In this document: positions 9,291 through 19,265 of the stretch, in pieces
How the letters are laid out: each line of letters opens with the position of its first letter
Position numbering within the stretch: the first letter of the stretch is position 1
Source: an uncultured Bacilli bacterium
Lineage (GTDB): Bacteria > Bacillota_I > Bacilli_A > RF39 > UBA660
Direction of reading: 5' to 3'
Assembly: GCA_934155645.1 (NCBI GenBank)
Contig: CAKPHC010000001.1
Coordinates: 31,015-95,014 of the forward strand
DNA: 64,000 bases
Made by a program: the position numbers and the translations under genes
The notes under the pieces: generated by a model
Databases searched by the model: none
Seen by the model: only the letters and a program-made list of their open reading frames with translations
Told to the model about the DNA's origin: nothing

Positions 9291-11513
9291 TTATTCATCA
9301 AAGAAATCATCAAAGAATTTATTATCTTCAACTTCTTCTTCAAGTGTAATTGAAGGGGCATCTTTTTTAGGTATTTCTGCTTCTTTTTCCGATACAACTT
9401 CAGTTGGTTTTACAGGTACCTCTTCAACTACTTTATCTTCTTTAAGAGGTTCTATTTTTTCAATAGGTTTTATATTTTCTGTAATAAATGTATTATTTAC
9501 TACTGGAGTTACATCTGGCTTAACTTCAACCGTTGGTTGTGGTTTAAGAATAGTTGGTTTTTTTTCATTTTCAGCCAATTTAGCACGACGCTCTTCTTCT
9601 TCAATTTCTGCAATTTTAGCATCAATCTTCTTAAGGAAATCATCCATATCAAGCTCTGGAGCATTTTTCTTGTTATCCTTAGGAATAGTATTCATACCAC
9701 CAAAATTATTAGGAGAAGTTGGCATGCTTTGGAATGGATTCATTGGAGCCATACCTGGCATCATTCCACCTTGTGGAGCGCCACCATTATCCATCATCTC
9801 TTTTATCTTTTCTTGACGTTTTTGTTTTACAAATTCCCTAACATCAAATACCGCAACCGGTTTCTTCTTCCTTTCAGGATATTCAATAGGTCCATAACTC
9901 TTGCCCCAGTCTATTTTAAAGTCAGGAGTAAAAGATGTTTTAAATGGTTGCATACGCATTCTTAAAACTATTTGATCAAATTGTTTCATACGTTGCAAAT
10001 CACTTACTGTTACAAGTGGTGTTGAAGCCGTTTTATCATCTTTTTTAGACTTAACTTCACCACATAATTTACTAATTTCCTCTAGTGCTGCTAATTCTGT
10101 AGATATCAAATAAATTAAGTTACCACAGTTACCTTTAATAGTTTCAGCATTTTCAGCACCATATACTTGTTTTAATTGTGCAAAGTTTTGAATAATCATT
10201 GTAAATCTTATTTGTCTAGAACGAGCTGCTGTAATCATTGTTGTTACATCTTTTAAAGGTGGCATGTTAGCAAACTCATCTAGTAAGAAGTTAGTTCTAC
10301 AAGGTAATTTACCACCATTTGATTGAGCAACATCTATTAATGTTTCATAACATTGTTTTACGAAGATAGTTGCAAGTGAATGGTAAGTTTTCTTTTCATC
10401 TTGAATAATTATAAATACAGCTGTTTTTTGTTTACCAATAGACTCTAATTCAAAGTCACTATATGATAACATCTCTGATAAATTCTCACGTGATGAGAAT
10501 AATTTAATCTTTTGTTTAAATACTGCAATAATACTACCCTTAGTTTCATTTGGAGCCATGATAGTACCACTGGCATTTATATAAGCAGCACTATTAGGAT
10601 CTTTCATATTAAAGTATTCTTTTACATAAGTAGAAGCGCCACATTTATCTTCACCAACAGTAGTAGTTAAGCTGATACTATTAATATTAATTTTATCTTC
10701 TGTAGTATCTTCAAACATACCTAATGCTAAACCAGAGAAATAGTCAGCAGAAGTTTTTTCCCAGAATGGGTCAGCATTACCATTATTCTCTTCATATAGA
10801 ATATTTAATGCTAAGTCATCTAGTAACTCTATTGCTTTATCTTGGTTACCACTTTTATATAATCTGTAAGGTAATGTTAATGGGTTCCATGCATTACCTC
10901 TTTGAGGATTACGGAAGTTAAGTAAAATTATGTTATATCCTTTAGCTTTTAACATACTGCCGGTTTTTTCAAACAACTCACCTTTAGGGTCAGTACAAAT
11001 AATAGATTCACCCTTTTTAGCAAGTATTTTAATTGTAGGTAAGATAGTACTAACAGTTTTACCTGAACCAGTAGCACCAATTACTAAGTTATGATATTCA
11101 CCATCATCAACCCAAAGTTCACCGTTCTTACTAATTAAAGGAATACCAGCATAATCAGCCTTCTCATCAGATGGATGTACACATTTTAGTACTTTTTTCA
11201 TTTCTTTTTCTTTAGCCCATCTACTATAACCTTTATCCTTTTTATTCATTGTGAATCCTACACCTTCTTCACGTTCAAAGAAATATGAAGATACACTTGC
11301 AAAAAGTGCCGCTAAAGCAACTATATAAAATATTATAGTTGTAAATATATAATCAGGTCCAAAAGCTGGAAATGGATTAAGTCCTGCTAGTCTTCCTTCA
11401 CTTGCTAGCATTGGTAAATTAACAACACCAAGTGCTACTACATATAAAAGGAAAACAGCAAATATTGCAAAAATTAATACATCTTGTGGTTCAGCTCTAA
11501 ATTTAAATTTCAT
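9291..11513 (-). CDS. Type IV secretion coupling protein (VirD4/TraG/PcfC-like T4CP)
   Basis: 740 aa with two N-terminal transmembrane helices and the Walker A motif VIGATGSGKTVS. The unusual C-terminal tail has a Pro/Met/Gly-rich segment, a Lys/Glu-rich segment, and ends FFDDFFDE. Confidence 0.75.
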   Translation of the reverse strand: MKFKFRAEPQDVLIFAIFAVFLLYVVALGVVNLPMLASEGRLAGLNPFPAFGPDYIFTTIIFYIVALAALFASVSSYFFEREEGVGFTMNKKDKGYSRWAKEKEMKKVLKCVHPSDEKADYAGIPLISKNGELWVDDGEYHNLVIGATGSGKTVSTILPTIKILAKKGESIICTDPKGELFEKTGSMLKAKGYNIILLNFRNPQRGNAWNPLTLPYRLYKSGNQDKAIELLDDLALNILYEENNGNADPFWEKTSADYFSGLALGMFEDTTEDKININSISLTTTVGEDKCGASTYVKEYFNMKDPNSAAYINASGTIMAPNETKGSIIAVFKQKIKLFSSRENLSEMLSYSDFELESIGKQKTAVFIIIQDEKKTYHSLATIFVKQCYETLIDVAQSNGGKLPCRTNFLLDEFANMPPLKDVTTMITAARSRQIRFTMIIQNFAQLKQVYGAENAETIKGNCGNLIYLISTELAALEEISKLCGEVKSKKDDKTASTPLVTVSDLQRMKQFDQIVLRMRMQPFKTSFTPDFKIDWGKSYGPIEYPERKKKPVAVFDVREFVKQKRQEKIKEMMDNGGAPQGGMMPGMAPMNPFQSMPTSPNNFGGMNTIPKDNKKNAPELDMDDFLKKIDAKIAEIEEEERRAKLAENEKKPTILKPQPTVEVKPDVTPVVNNTFITENIKPIEKIEPLKEDKVVEEVPVKPTEVVSEKEAEIPKKDAPSITLEEEVEDNKFFDDFFDE

Positions 11514-11531
11514 AATATTCCTTCTTTCAGT

Positions 11532-12251
11532 TTAGTCATTATCCAATTTTCTTCTCTTATTAAATAAGAATAGTACAATCATAACTACTAATATCAAGAG
11601 AATTATACCAATAGTTTCAAAAATCTTCAATACTTTTTCATCTTGTTGCTTTTGTTCCTCAGATTTTTCAGCAATCTTCTTAGTATTAATCTTCAAATAT
11701 AAATTTTTATTATCAAAATTGTTTTTTGTAACGGTCCAACTATATACGTTATTGGACACTTTATCAGCGTTATTGTCCTCTACCTTATACTTTGTTTTTA
11801 TGTTAATTGTAACTTCATATAAATTGTCAAAGTTTTCTATACACAAAAATTCTTTACTAGTAGACAAAACTATGTATCTATCATTATTGTAAACTTGAAA
11901 ATATTTATAACAACTATTTGCAATATAAGATTTAGAATAATCACTTATACTAAAAGTATTGGTATATTTAATACCTAGTCTATTATTGGAATCTATTTTC
12001 TCTTTCAAATAATACTTATACTGTGGATTAGGGTCTTCTGTATCACCATTTTGTTCATCTTTAAGTACACCTGTTTTTATATTAAGATTATCTTCTATTT
12101 GTTTCTCAATTTCATAATCATAATATAGGTTTTCCTCATACACTTGAAGTTCTTCTTTAATTTCATCACTTTTTATCTCAATATTATATTGAGCACTACA
12201 ACCAGTAAGTAAAAGAACTGAGCATATAATAAATAATATATTTTTTTTCAT
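11532..12251 (-). CDS. Lipoprotein with a C-terminal transmembrane anchor (T4SS-associated, hypothetical)
   Basis: The start was moved to MKKNILFIICSVLLLTGC, which has a lipobox. RBS AGGAGAG. The gene lies between the hydrolase and the T4CP. Confidence 0.5.
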   Translation of the reverse strand: MKKNILFIICSVLLLTGCSAQYNIEIKSDEIKEELQVYEENLYYDYEIEKQIEDNLNIKTGVLKDEQNGDTEDPNPQYKYYLKEKIDSNNRLGIKYTNTFSISDYSKSYIANSCYKYFQVYNNDRYIVLSTSKEFLCIENFDNLYEVTINIKTKYKVEDNNADKVSNNVYSWTVTKNNFDNKNLYLKINTKKIAEKSEEQKQQDEKVLKIFETIGIILLILVVMIVLFLFNKRRKLDND

Positions 12252-12262
12252 AGACTCTCCTA

Positions 12263-14410
12263 TTAAGTTATCTTTAAATAGCAAATAAAATTATATTTAA
12301 TTGTTTCCATACTGATATTTTTAAAATGTTGGCATCCATTTTCTTCACATATAATTGAACGTTTCCTTAATTTGTCAGAACCACTATAATTCCACAACTG
12401 ACTTGAAGTAGTAAAACCGGCTTTTGCAAGGCTACCAAACGAAATACCTGCTTCGGAAATATCTATTGAAATAATATTACCATTACTATCACGATATACC
12501 GCCTCTACTACAGCAACGTGTCCATATTTATGCTTATCACTATTCCAAGATATTATAGAACCCGCTCTTAACGTAGAATCGTTAGGATTATAACTATGTT
12601 CAAATTGTTGATAATCATCGGCTGTACAAAAGCCATTACCATCACCACCATTAGTCACATATTTGTACATATTTTGCAATCCCATAGTAGCAATTATTTC
12701 ATTAGTTCTTCTAACAGCATACCAAGCACATTCTCCCTCATAAGAACCCAAACCAGCAAATCCTTTTGATAAATCTGCAGTAGCAGCATAATAATACAAG
12801 TTATCAATAGTAGCTCTACTTACACGTTTTAAGTAACCGTTTTCATCTTTTACTAATCCTTCCGTAGCACCCACTGTTATAACTACTTTATCAGAATAGT
12901 ATTTTTCTATTATTTCCTCGTAAGTTAAACCGTTCTCAGCATCATACCATGCTCCTAATTGGCTCATTCCTATACAACCAGCATTTGAAGAGGTATCATT
13001 AACGTAAGATTCTATATCAAAATACGATAAATTTTTAGGAATAGAAAGTGTGTGACTACCAAGTTTATTGTGCATATCATAAGAAAAATCAGCAGTACAT
13101 GAAGAATTATTACATTTAACATTACAACTTGAACTTTTAGATGGGAATGTAGTAAATGATGCATAAAAAGGTTTATCATCAAGTGATATATATCTTCCCA
13201 TAGTATCATCAACCGCTTCTACAACTAAAGGATTGTCCTCATATCCTTCTTTATACTTTTGAATATTTTTATTAGTTAATTCGCGAGTACAATTATTAGT
13301 AACATTTAATGCTAAACTTCTTGAAACAACTGCTTGAGCTTTTAGTGCTTCTATCGGAACATCCTTGTCCCCAAGTTCAGCATATACAACTCCTTTAATA
13401 TAATCTTCTAAATCCATAGTTACGCCATCAACAGTAATACCTTTATTACAAACAGAAACAGCAGTAACAAAAGATTGCTTATCCATTACTTTATAATAAG
13501 AATATATTTCTGAAATAATATCTGCTATTTTTTTCTTATTTTCATCACTAGCTTCATCATCTTTATTTGGCATATATTCATTATAATAATTAAATATAAA
13601 GCCTTCATCAATTAAATTCCAATAGTAAACACTACCACTATTATCATCATCAATTCTTCCCTCTTCTATTGATAATGAATAACTCTCTTCAACATCATCC
13701 AAAACACAATTGTTATTTGTTTCATTCAGAAAATCATCATTACTAGCAATTTTTCTTATTGTTGATGAGTCATCAGAACAAGTTTTAGTAGTCATTATTT
13801 GATATTTAGCTAATTTAGAAACTTGATTTTTCATATATGCTATATTTTTGGAGTTTGATGAGTCATTTTCTATATCTTCCATATCGTTGTATGCTATTAA
13901 AGTTGCAAGAATTAAGTTTCCGTCTAATTCAGCTGTACGACGATATGAACTAACTACCTCAGTAATCTCATTTCTTAAGTCTTCATAGATATCAGTCGCA
14001 TCACCAATACCACCAAAAGCATCTTTACTAAAGATTAAAATAAAGAAAAGAAGAATTATTAAAAAAGGACCTGCTATTAAAGGAATATTCTTAATTAAAG
14101 TTTTTCTAATTATTACTTTTGTTCCTTCTACTGCACCCTGACTAATAGTGGGTGCACTACTTGCAGCATTTAACGCTTCTTCACCAGTACTACTGTTTAA
14201 TAACTGTTCAGTAGCAGCTTCTGGAACACCATAAGCTTGTGCTGCTTTCTTGATTCCTGTCTTAATTAATTCTTTCTTTATTCCATTTTTAGGATTAGCA
14301 TTTTGCTTAGCACGTGGGTCAAAAGAAGGTGATGATTTTACAGCATTATTCAAACCACCATTATATCCATTATTAACATTAATTTTTGGTTTTTTTGAAT
14401 CCATAGCCAT
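12263..14410 (-). CDS. T4SS-associated peptidoglycan hydrolase with a SpoIID/LytB-like domain and a C-terminal CHAP domain
   Basis: Has an N-terminal transmembrane segment. The PIEALKAQAVVSRSLAL motif matches the SpoIID signature. The C-terminal GECAWYAVRR...YGHVAVVE is a CHAP Cys/His pair. Confidence 0.7.
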   Translation of the reverse strand: MAMDSKKPKINVNNGYNGGLNNAVKSSPSFDPRAKQNANPKNGIKKELIKTGIKKAAQAYGVPEAATEQLLNSSTGEEALNAASSAPTISQGAVEGTKVIIRKTLIKNIPLIAGPFLIILLFFILIFSKDAFGGIGDATDIYEDLRNEITEVVSSYRRTAELDGNLILATLIAYNDMEDIENDSSNSKNIAYMKNQVSKLAKYQIMTTKTCSDDSSTIRKIASNDDFLNETNNNCVLDDVEESYSLSIEEGRIDDDNSGSVYYWNLIDEGFIFNYYNEYMPNKDDEASDENKKKIADIISEIYSYYKVMDKQSFVTAVSVCNKGITVDGVTMDLEDYIKGVVYAELGDKDVPIEALKAQAVVSRSLALNVTNNCTRELTNKNIQKYKEGYEDNPLVVEAVDDTMGRYISLDDKPFYASFTTFPSKSSSCNVKCNNSSCTADFSYDMHNKLGSHTLSIPKNLSYFDIESYVNDTSSNAGCIGMSQLGAWYDAENGLTYEEIIEKYYSDKVVITVGATEGLVKDENGYLKRVSRATIDNLYYYAATADLSKGFAGLGSYEGECAWYAVRRTNEIIATMGLQNMYKYVTNGGDGNGFCTADDYQQFEHSYNPNDSTLRAGSIISWNSDKHKYGHVAVVEAVYRDSNGNIISIDISEAGISFGSLAKAGFTTSSQLWNYSGSDKLRKRSIICEENGCQHFKNISMETIKYNFICYLKIT

Positions 14411-14443
14411 ACTATCACCACCTACTTATAAACTATTTAATTA

Positions 14444-16240
14444 TTATAGTCCTCCTCCACTACCGAAAGATGCTAATTCTTCTGGAGTTACAATTATATT
14501 AATTCTCATACGACGATGTCCGCATACAAATAACGCTTCACCTTGAGAATAACGTTTAATACTTTCTTTTTCATTATCATTTAAATCAACTAATTTCGCT
14601 AAATCTTCAGCAGCTTGTTTCTTAAGTCCCATGATTATGTAATAAGATGCATTATCAAATATTGCTTTACCTTGAGTAATTACAGAAGGAGTTGCAAAGT
14701 CACTAGGTTGTTGAGTAATTATAATAGAACCAGTATTATATTTTCTAGCACGGCGTTGGACTTGTGCTAAGAAATCAGCACCTAATGAGTTATTATCACC
14801 TAATAATACATGAGCTTCATCTACCATAAGGATTGTATCCAAATCACGATTTAAGCAAAGTCCCCAAGCATATTTTAATATGTTGAAGAAAAGTGCGTTT
14901 CTAATGTTTGCTTCAGCATTCATTAATTCTTTTATATTGAAAGTGATAAAATCACTATCATGTGTAATTGTTGTATGACCATCAAAGTAATATTTTAAAT
15001 CATTAGTTAATGGTCTTACTTTTAATTCAAGACGTTCCATAATATCTTTTTCATGAGTATGGTCAGTCATAGACATAAGTCTACCTTTTATAGTTGCGTA
15101 CACATCACTAAATGTTGGATAATCTTTTGCTGTAAAGTTATAGAAGTCTTTATCAAAATCTATACCAAAACGACGATATGTATCTTGAACTACTTCACTA
15201 AACAATGTAAGTACATCTTCTTCAATTGAAGGGTCATAATACTTCATAAATGCTTTTAAGAATTGAAGAGTTCTAGTAAGTACTGTATACCCTAGTCCTT
15301 GTTTAATTTCATCTTCATCAGCATCTATTACTATTTGAAGTGGATTAATCATACCATATTCTCCACCTTTACCAAGGTCAATAGTATCTCCACCAAATGC
15401 TTTAGTCATATCTTCAAGTTCGTTTTCAGGGTCGATTGCTACTATTTGACATCCATTACGAATATGCCCACGAAGCAATAACTTAGCAGCAGTAGATTTA
15501 CCACTACCTGATGTACCAAGTAATATAAGGTTAGCATTATTTCTGTTATTTTCCTTCTTAATTTTATATAAGAATTGGTTAAATAGAATTACACCCCCAG
15601 AGAAATCAACACCAAGTAATGTAGATAATCCTGGGTCTTTAATACTATCGAAAATAAATGGATACATTGCTGCAATAGTAATTGAAGGAATTGGTGTACC
15701 AATACGATCTTCTATATCTTGTTTAGGGAATATTGGTATTATTGATTTTAATACCTTTTCTTGTTCAAATCTTAATGAAACAGCTTTTAATTCCATTGCA
15801 TCAAGATAGTTTTTAACATTAACTTTCTTTAATTCCAAATCTTCTTTAGTATCAGCTGTAATCATAATGTGCATTTGGAAATCAAAGATTCTTGCTTGAC
15901 TTCCAGCTAACATTGTTACGAAATATTCTAGTGATTCATAGTCTAATCTAATTCTCTCTTGAATAGTACGATCACGTTCTTCTTGATATCTAGTCTTAAG
16001 TTCAGCAATTTGCTTATTTAACATCTTAGATACTGTTGAAAATGGTACTGGAATATGTTTAATAACTACTTTAATGCCTGGCATTGTAGTAAGTGTAGAT
16101 AAGTATCCTGGTGCTATAAACTTAGGATAAGATACTACACTTAATATAGTTGCATATTTATCACTTATAAAGAAATCACTATACCCAAAGCTAAGTCCTT
16201 TTGGAGCAATTTGTGATTTAAAATTCATTGAACTACTCAT
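14444..16240 (-). CDS. VirB4/TrsE/PrgJ-family conjugal transfer ATPase (C-terminal 598 aa)
   Basis: Walker A ILLGTSGSGKSTAAKLL and Walker B ILMVDEAH. Confidence 0.8.
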   Translation of the reverse strand: MSSSMNFKSQIAPKGLSFGYSDFFISDKYATILSVVSYPKFIAPGYLSTLTTMPGIKVVIKHIPVPFSTVSKMLNKQIAELKTRYQEERDRTIQERIRLDYESLEYFVTMLAGSQARIFDFQMHIMITADTKEDLELKKVNVKNYLDAMELKAVSLRFEQEKVLKSIIPIFPKQDIEDRIGTPIPSITIAAMYPFIFDSIKDPGLSTLLGVDFSGGVILFNQFLYKIKKENNRNNANLILLGTSGSGKSTAAKLLLRGHIRNGCQIVAIDPENELEDMTKAFGGDTIDLGKGGEYGMINPLQIVIDADEDEIKQGLGYTVLTRTLQFLKAFMKYYDPSIEEDVLTLFSEVVQDTYRRFGIDFDKDFYNFTAKDYPTFSDVYATIKGRLMSMTDHTHEKDIMERLELKVRPLTNDLKYYFDGHTTITHDSDFITFNIKELMNAEANIRNALFFNILKYAWGLCLNRDLDTILMVDEAHVLLGDNNSLGADFLAQVQRRARKYNTGSIIITQQPSDFATPSVITQGKAIFDNASYYIIMGLKKQAAEDLAKLVDLNDNEKESIKRYSQGEALFVCGHRRMRINIIVTPEELASFGSGGGL

Positions 16241-16791
16241 AGTGCCACCACCGTTCCGAATTCTGTTGTTTTACCACCATTCAAGAAATTATCAAGAATA
16301 ATTCTTAAATCTTCATTACTTGTTTGACTAGATAAAAGTCCACATGCAGATAAAGAGTTAATTAACATTCTAATACGTTTTTGAATTAAGTCTAAGTTAT
16401 TCTCTTTAAATAGAATATAGTACTCAGTATCAACAACATTATTATTCATAAATCCGTTTCCTTTTTGTATATCCTCACTAATCAATTTTCTAATTGCAGG
16501 GGAATTAGTTTGATTATACAAAAGCTGTAATTGTGACATATACACAGAAATATCTACAGGTCTATCAGCAACTATTAACCAGAATTCAAAATCTATTTGG
16601 TTATAGAAATTCTTCAAATTCATTAATACATTTGTTTGAGAGTCCTCATCTAATATAAAGATATTTCTTGGTGCTATTTTAACACCAGTTACTTTTAATT
16701 GATTATCTAGGATAATCATTCCATTGGTAATTGATTGAATTGGAACCCAATCCTCAGTATACTTACTTGTTACCATCTTGTTCTTCGCCAT
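16237..16791 (-). CDS. Probable N-terminal domain of VirB4, encoded as a separate 184-aa ORF
   Basis: A soluble protein between the VirB3-like and VirB4 genes. It has an ATGA stop/start overlap with the VirB4 ORF. Together the two ORFs total about 780 aa, the usual Gram-positive VirB4 length. Confidence 0.45.
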   Translation of the reverse strand: MAKNKMVTSKYTEDWVPIQSITNGMIILDNQLKVTGVKIAPRNIFILDEDSQTNVLMNLKNFYNQIDFEFWLIVADRPVDISVYMSQLQLLYNQTNSPAIRKLISEDIQKGNGFMNNNVVDTEYYILFKENNLDLIQKRIRMLINSLSACGLLSSQTSNEDLRIILDNFLNGGKTTEFGTVVAL

Positions 16792-17107
16792 ATTTATTAC
16801 ACCAACCTTTCCAATAATACCTTTGTCTATTTACAAAGAAATACTCATATATATCAGTTAATAAAACCAATACATTATGCTGATACGGTATAGGGATTAC
16901 TAAGAATCCTGTAATAGCAGCAGGAGCAACTACCGCTACTGCAACTATCCAATTTGTCAACATTCCTTGGAATATTAACATAAGTAAAAATGTTATCCCT
17001 ACTCCAGTTCCAAATATTGCTAAATCTATTCCTCGAAAAAATCCGAATATTAGTTTTCCTCGGTTAGAGTTAGCAGGTATTAAATAATTGTTATTATTTT
17101 CCACCAA
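16763..17107 (-). CDS. VirB3/PrgI-like small two-transmembrane T4SS protein
   Basis: About 114 aa with two hydrophobic helices, immediately upstream of VirB4. The start is probably TTG or GTG after an AAGGAGAG RBS. Confidence 0.45.
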   Translation of the reverse strand: MVENNNNYLIPANSNRGKLIFGFFRGIDLAIFGTGVGITFLLMLIFQGMLTNWIVAVAVVAPAAITGFLVIPIPYQHNVLVLLTDIYEYFFVNRQRYYWKGWCNKYGEEQDGNK

Positions 17108-17136
17108 TATCACTCTCCTTTTTATTCATATATATA

Positions 17137-18798
17137 TTATCTGGATAAATCATCACGACTTACGTGAGCTTTTTCTGGATTTGCTCTTCCCTTAGCTTTA
17201 TAAGATGCCTTAGTAATTCTTCCACGTTTATAATCAGGTCTAGCAGTTTTTTTATCGGCAGCCAATTTTTCTCTATATGATTTATGATTATAAGTATCAT
17301 TAGCTTTATCCATTTTATTGTAGTTGCTTTCAGCAATAGCAGCTTGAGATTCGGCTTCGTACATAATTTGTCTTGCCTTTTCTTCAGTAACATCGTTACC
17401 CATTAGGTCAACATAATGACCAGTTTGGTTACCAGCCGTCCAGTTATCTCTAGCTTCAGTAGCCAGTCCTTTCATTTCAATCATGTTATTCTTAGCTTGA
17501 TCAGCTGTGGCATCACTAATATTAAGTTTTTTACCAGCAGCAGATAATTGTGCTTTGGTTGCAGATGATTGAAGTGCAGCCAAGATACCACTCTTAGCTT
17601 TAGGATCCCCAGTTCTTGCTTGTAACGCAGTATCACCGGCAGTTCGCCATGCGCTAGCTTTCTTTCCGGTCATACCGCCTTGAATACCGGCACTTGCTCC
17701 AGAAAACAATCCTGTAACAGCGCCTCTAAATCCTCTACCAGATATAGCACCTGATACAATACCTGCCCCTGCTCCTAAAACTCCACCAGTAAAGGCAGCC
17801 AAGCCTCCGCTTGTATCTTTATCATGTTTGATTCCTAATGCATCTTTAACAAAGTTAGGCGCATCTTTAGCAAACATTAATAACGCTATTATTAAGAATA
17901 CATACAAATATCCTTTTCTAATTGCATCCGTAGGTAATGTAGCAGGGTCTAATAATGTATCATTAGCCAAAGCAGATAAAAGAAGTAATACTATATAAAC
18001 AATTCCTAATCTTACAAATATATCTAAAAATGTTGAAGTTAATTGTTTAGTCCAAGAAGCAAAAGCTCCATCTTTAGATGATTTTGGATCTATATAACTC
18101 ATGATAGGTATAGGAGCCATCATTTCTAAGATAAACATCTTAAATAGTCGCATACCAATCTTTATAGTCATTGATACAAGAATAATTACAATAGCAATTC
18201 CTGTAACAAATGCCGTAAAGGAATTAAAATTATAAGCATAATATCCATCTATTTTATCAGCATAGGTAGACATCATTATTTCAACCGCATCATCACCAGG
18301 TTTTATCGGATCAGGTGCATCCTCGCATCCAGAACAAGGTGTATAAAACGCAGCTAGTGCAGTTGAAGCAAGTAAATTAGCATTATCTGCAACATCACCA
18401 GAATTATCAGTAGCTTGTCCTAAAATAACTTTTGGAAGCATTGGAATAAATACTTCTTGTGCCCTGTTTAATAGTGGAAAAACCATCGGTAAAATAATGA
18501 TTAACGCTAACATAGTAACAGTTCTAGCAATTAACTTACCAGCACCTTTTTCTTTATCTACCATAGTGTCCGGATTAACTAAATATTTTAAGAACGAAAT
18601 AGTCAATTTAAATACCATAAATATCGCTAAAAAAGCATATATACGATTGTAAATATCACCAACCAAACCTTCAGTTAGTTTTAAATTTGCTATATCAAAT
18701 ATACCTTGCATAATGAATTCTATCAAAGAATACACACAATAATTAAGACCAGCAAACAATCCCCTAAGTCCGGTCATAAACCAGTTAGCTTCTTGCAT
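17137..18798 (-). CDS. VirB6/TrbL-like polytopic T4SS channel protein with a Gly/Ala-rich and charged C-terminal tail
   Basis: About 553 aa with many transmembrane helices followed by a hydrophilic tail. The start was moved to ATG (MQEANWF) after a GGTGGT RBS. It abuts the stop of the upstream gene. Confidence 0.55.
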   Translation of the reverse strand: MQEANWFMTGLRGLFAGLNYCVYSLIEFIMQGIFDIANLKLTEGLVGDIYNRIYAFLAIFMVFKLTISFLKYLVNPDTMVDKEKGAGKLIARTVTMLALIIILPMVFPLLNRAQEVFIPMLPKVILGQATDNSGDVADNANLLASTALAAFYTPCSGCEDAPDPIKPGDDAVEIMMSTYADKIDGYYAYNFNSFTAFVTGIAIVIILVSMTIKIGMRLFKMFILEMMAPIPIMSYIDPKSSKDGAFASWTKQLTSTFLDIFVRLGIVYIVLLLLSALANDTLLDPATLPTDAIRKGYLYVFLIIALLMFAKDAPNFVKDALGIKHDKDTSGGLAAFTGGVLGAGAGIVSGAISGRGFRGAVTGLFSGASAGIQGGMTGKKASAWRTAGDTALQARTGDPKAKSGILAALQSSATKAQLSAAGKKLNISDATADQAKNNMIEMKGLATEARDNWTAGNQTGHYVDLMGNDVTEEKARQIMYEAESQAAIAESNYNKMDKANDTYNHKSYREKLAADKKTARPDYKRGRITKASYKAKGRANPEKAHVSRDDLSR

Positions 18799-18799
18799 A

Positions 18800-19183
18800 C
18801 TAACCACCAACCTTTTCTAATCCACAAGTAGGATCATCAACGATTTTACCTTTAATACCAGCTACATTGATTAAAACTCTTACTATAAGTGGTACAAAGA
18901 ATATTGCAACTGCCGCAATTGCACGTTTAACAACTCTTGATGTAGCAGTTTTAATTTGCTTATCATCGCCTGCTAAAACAGCTTGTCCTAAATCCACTGA
19001 ACATAAAACAATTAACAAAATAGGTACTAATATTCTTATCCAATCAATTATTTCATTTATAAATTCATACGCATCAGCTGTAAAAATTCCATCACAAGAG
19101 ACAGCATAAACCGGTTTAACTGTTAAAAACGTTAAACACATAACTATAAAAATTACTTTTTTTAGTATCTTTTCTCTTAACAT
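18800..19183 (-). CDS. VirB2/TrbC-like T4SS pilin-like protein (paralog 1)
   Basis: 127 aa with a signal peptide and two transmembrane helices separated by DLGQAVLAGDDKQIKTATSRVVKRAIAA. It is a paralog of 20469..20810. Confidence 0.5.
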   Translation of the reverse strand: MLREKILKKVIFIVMCLTFLTVKPVYAVSCDGIFTADAYEFINEIIDWIRILVPILLIVLCSVDLGQAVLAGDDKQIKTATSRVVKRAIAAVAIFFVPLIVRVLINVAGIKGKIVDDPTCGLEKVGG

Positions 19184-19221
19184 ACGTCACCTCAAGATAA
19201 ATAATCAATCATATTATAGCA

Positions 19222-19253
19222 CAAAAAAAATAATAACAAAACATTTTGTTATT
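19222..19253 (-). terminator. Intrinsic terminator inside the T4SS cluster
   Basis: A perfect palindrome, AATAACAAAA-C-ATTTTGTTATT, followed by a T8 run on the minus strand. Confidence 0.55.
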
Positions 19254-19265
19254 ATTTTTAATTAA

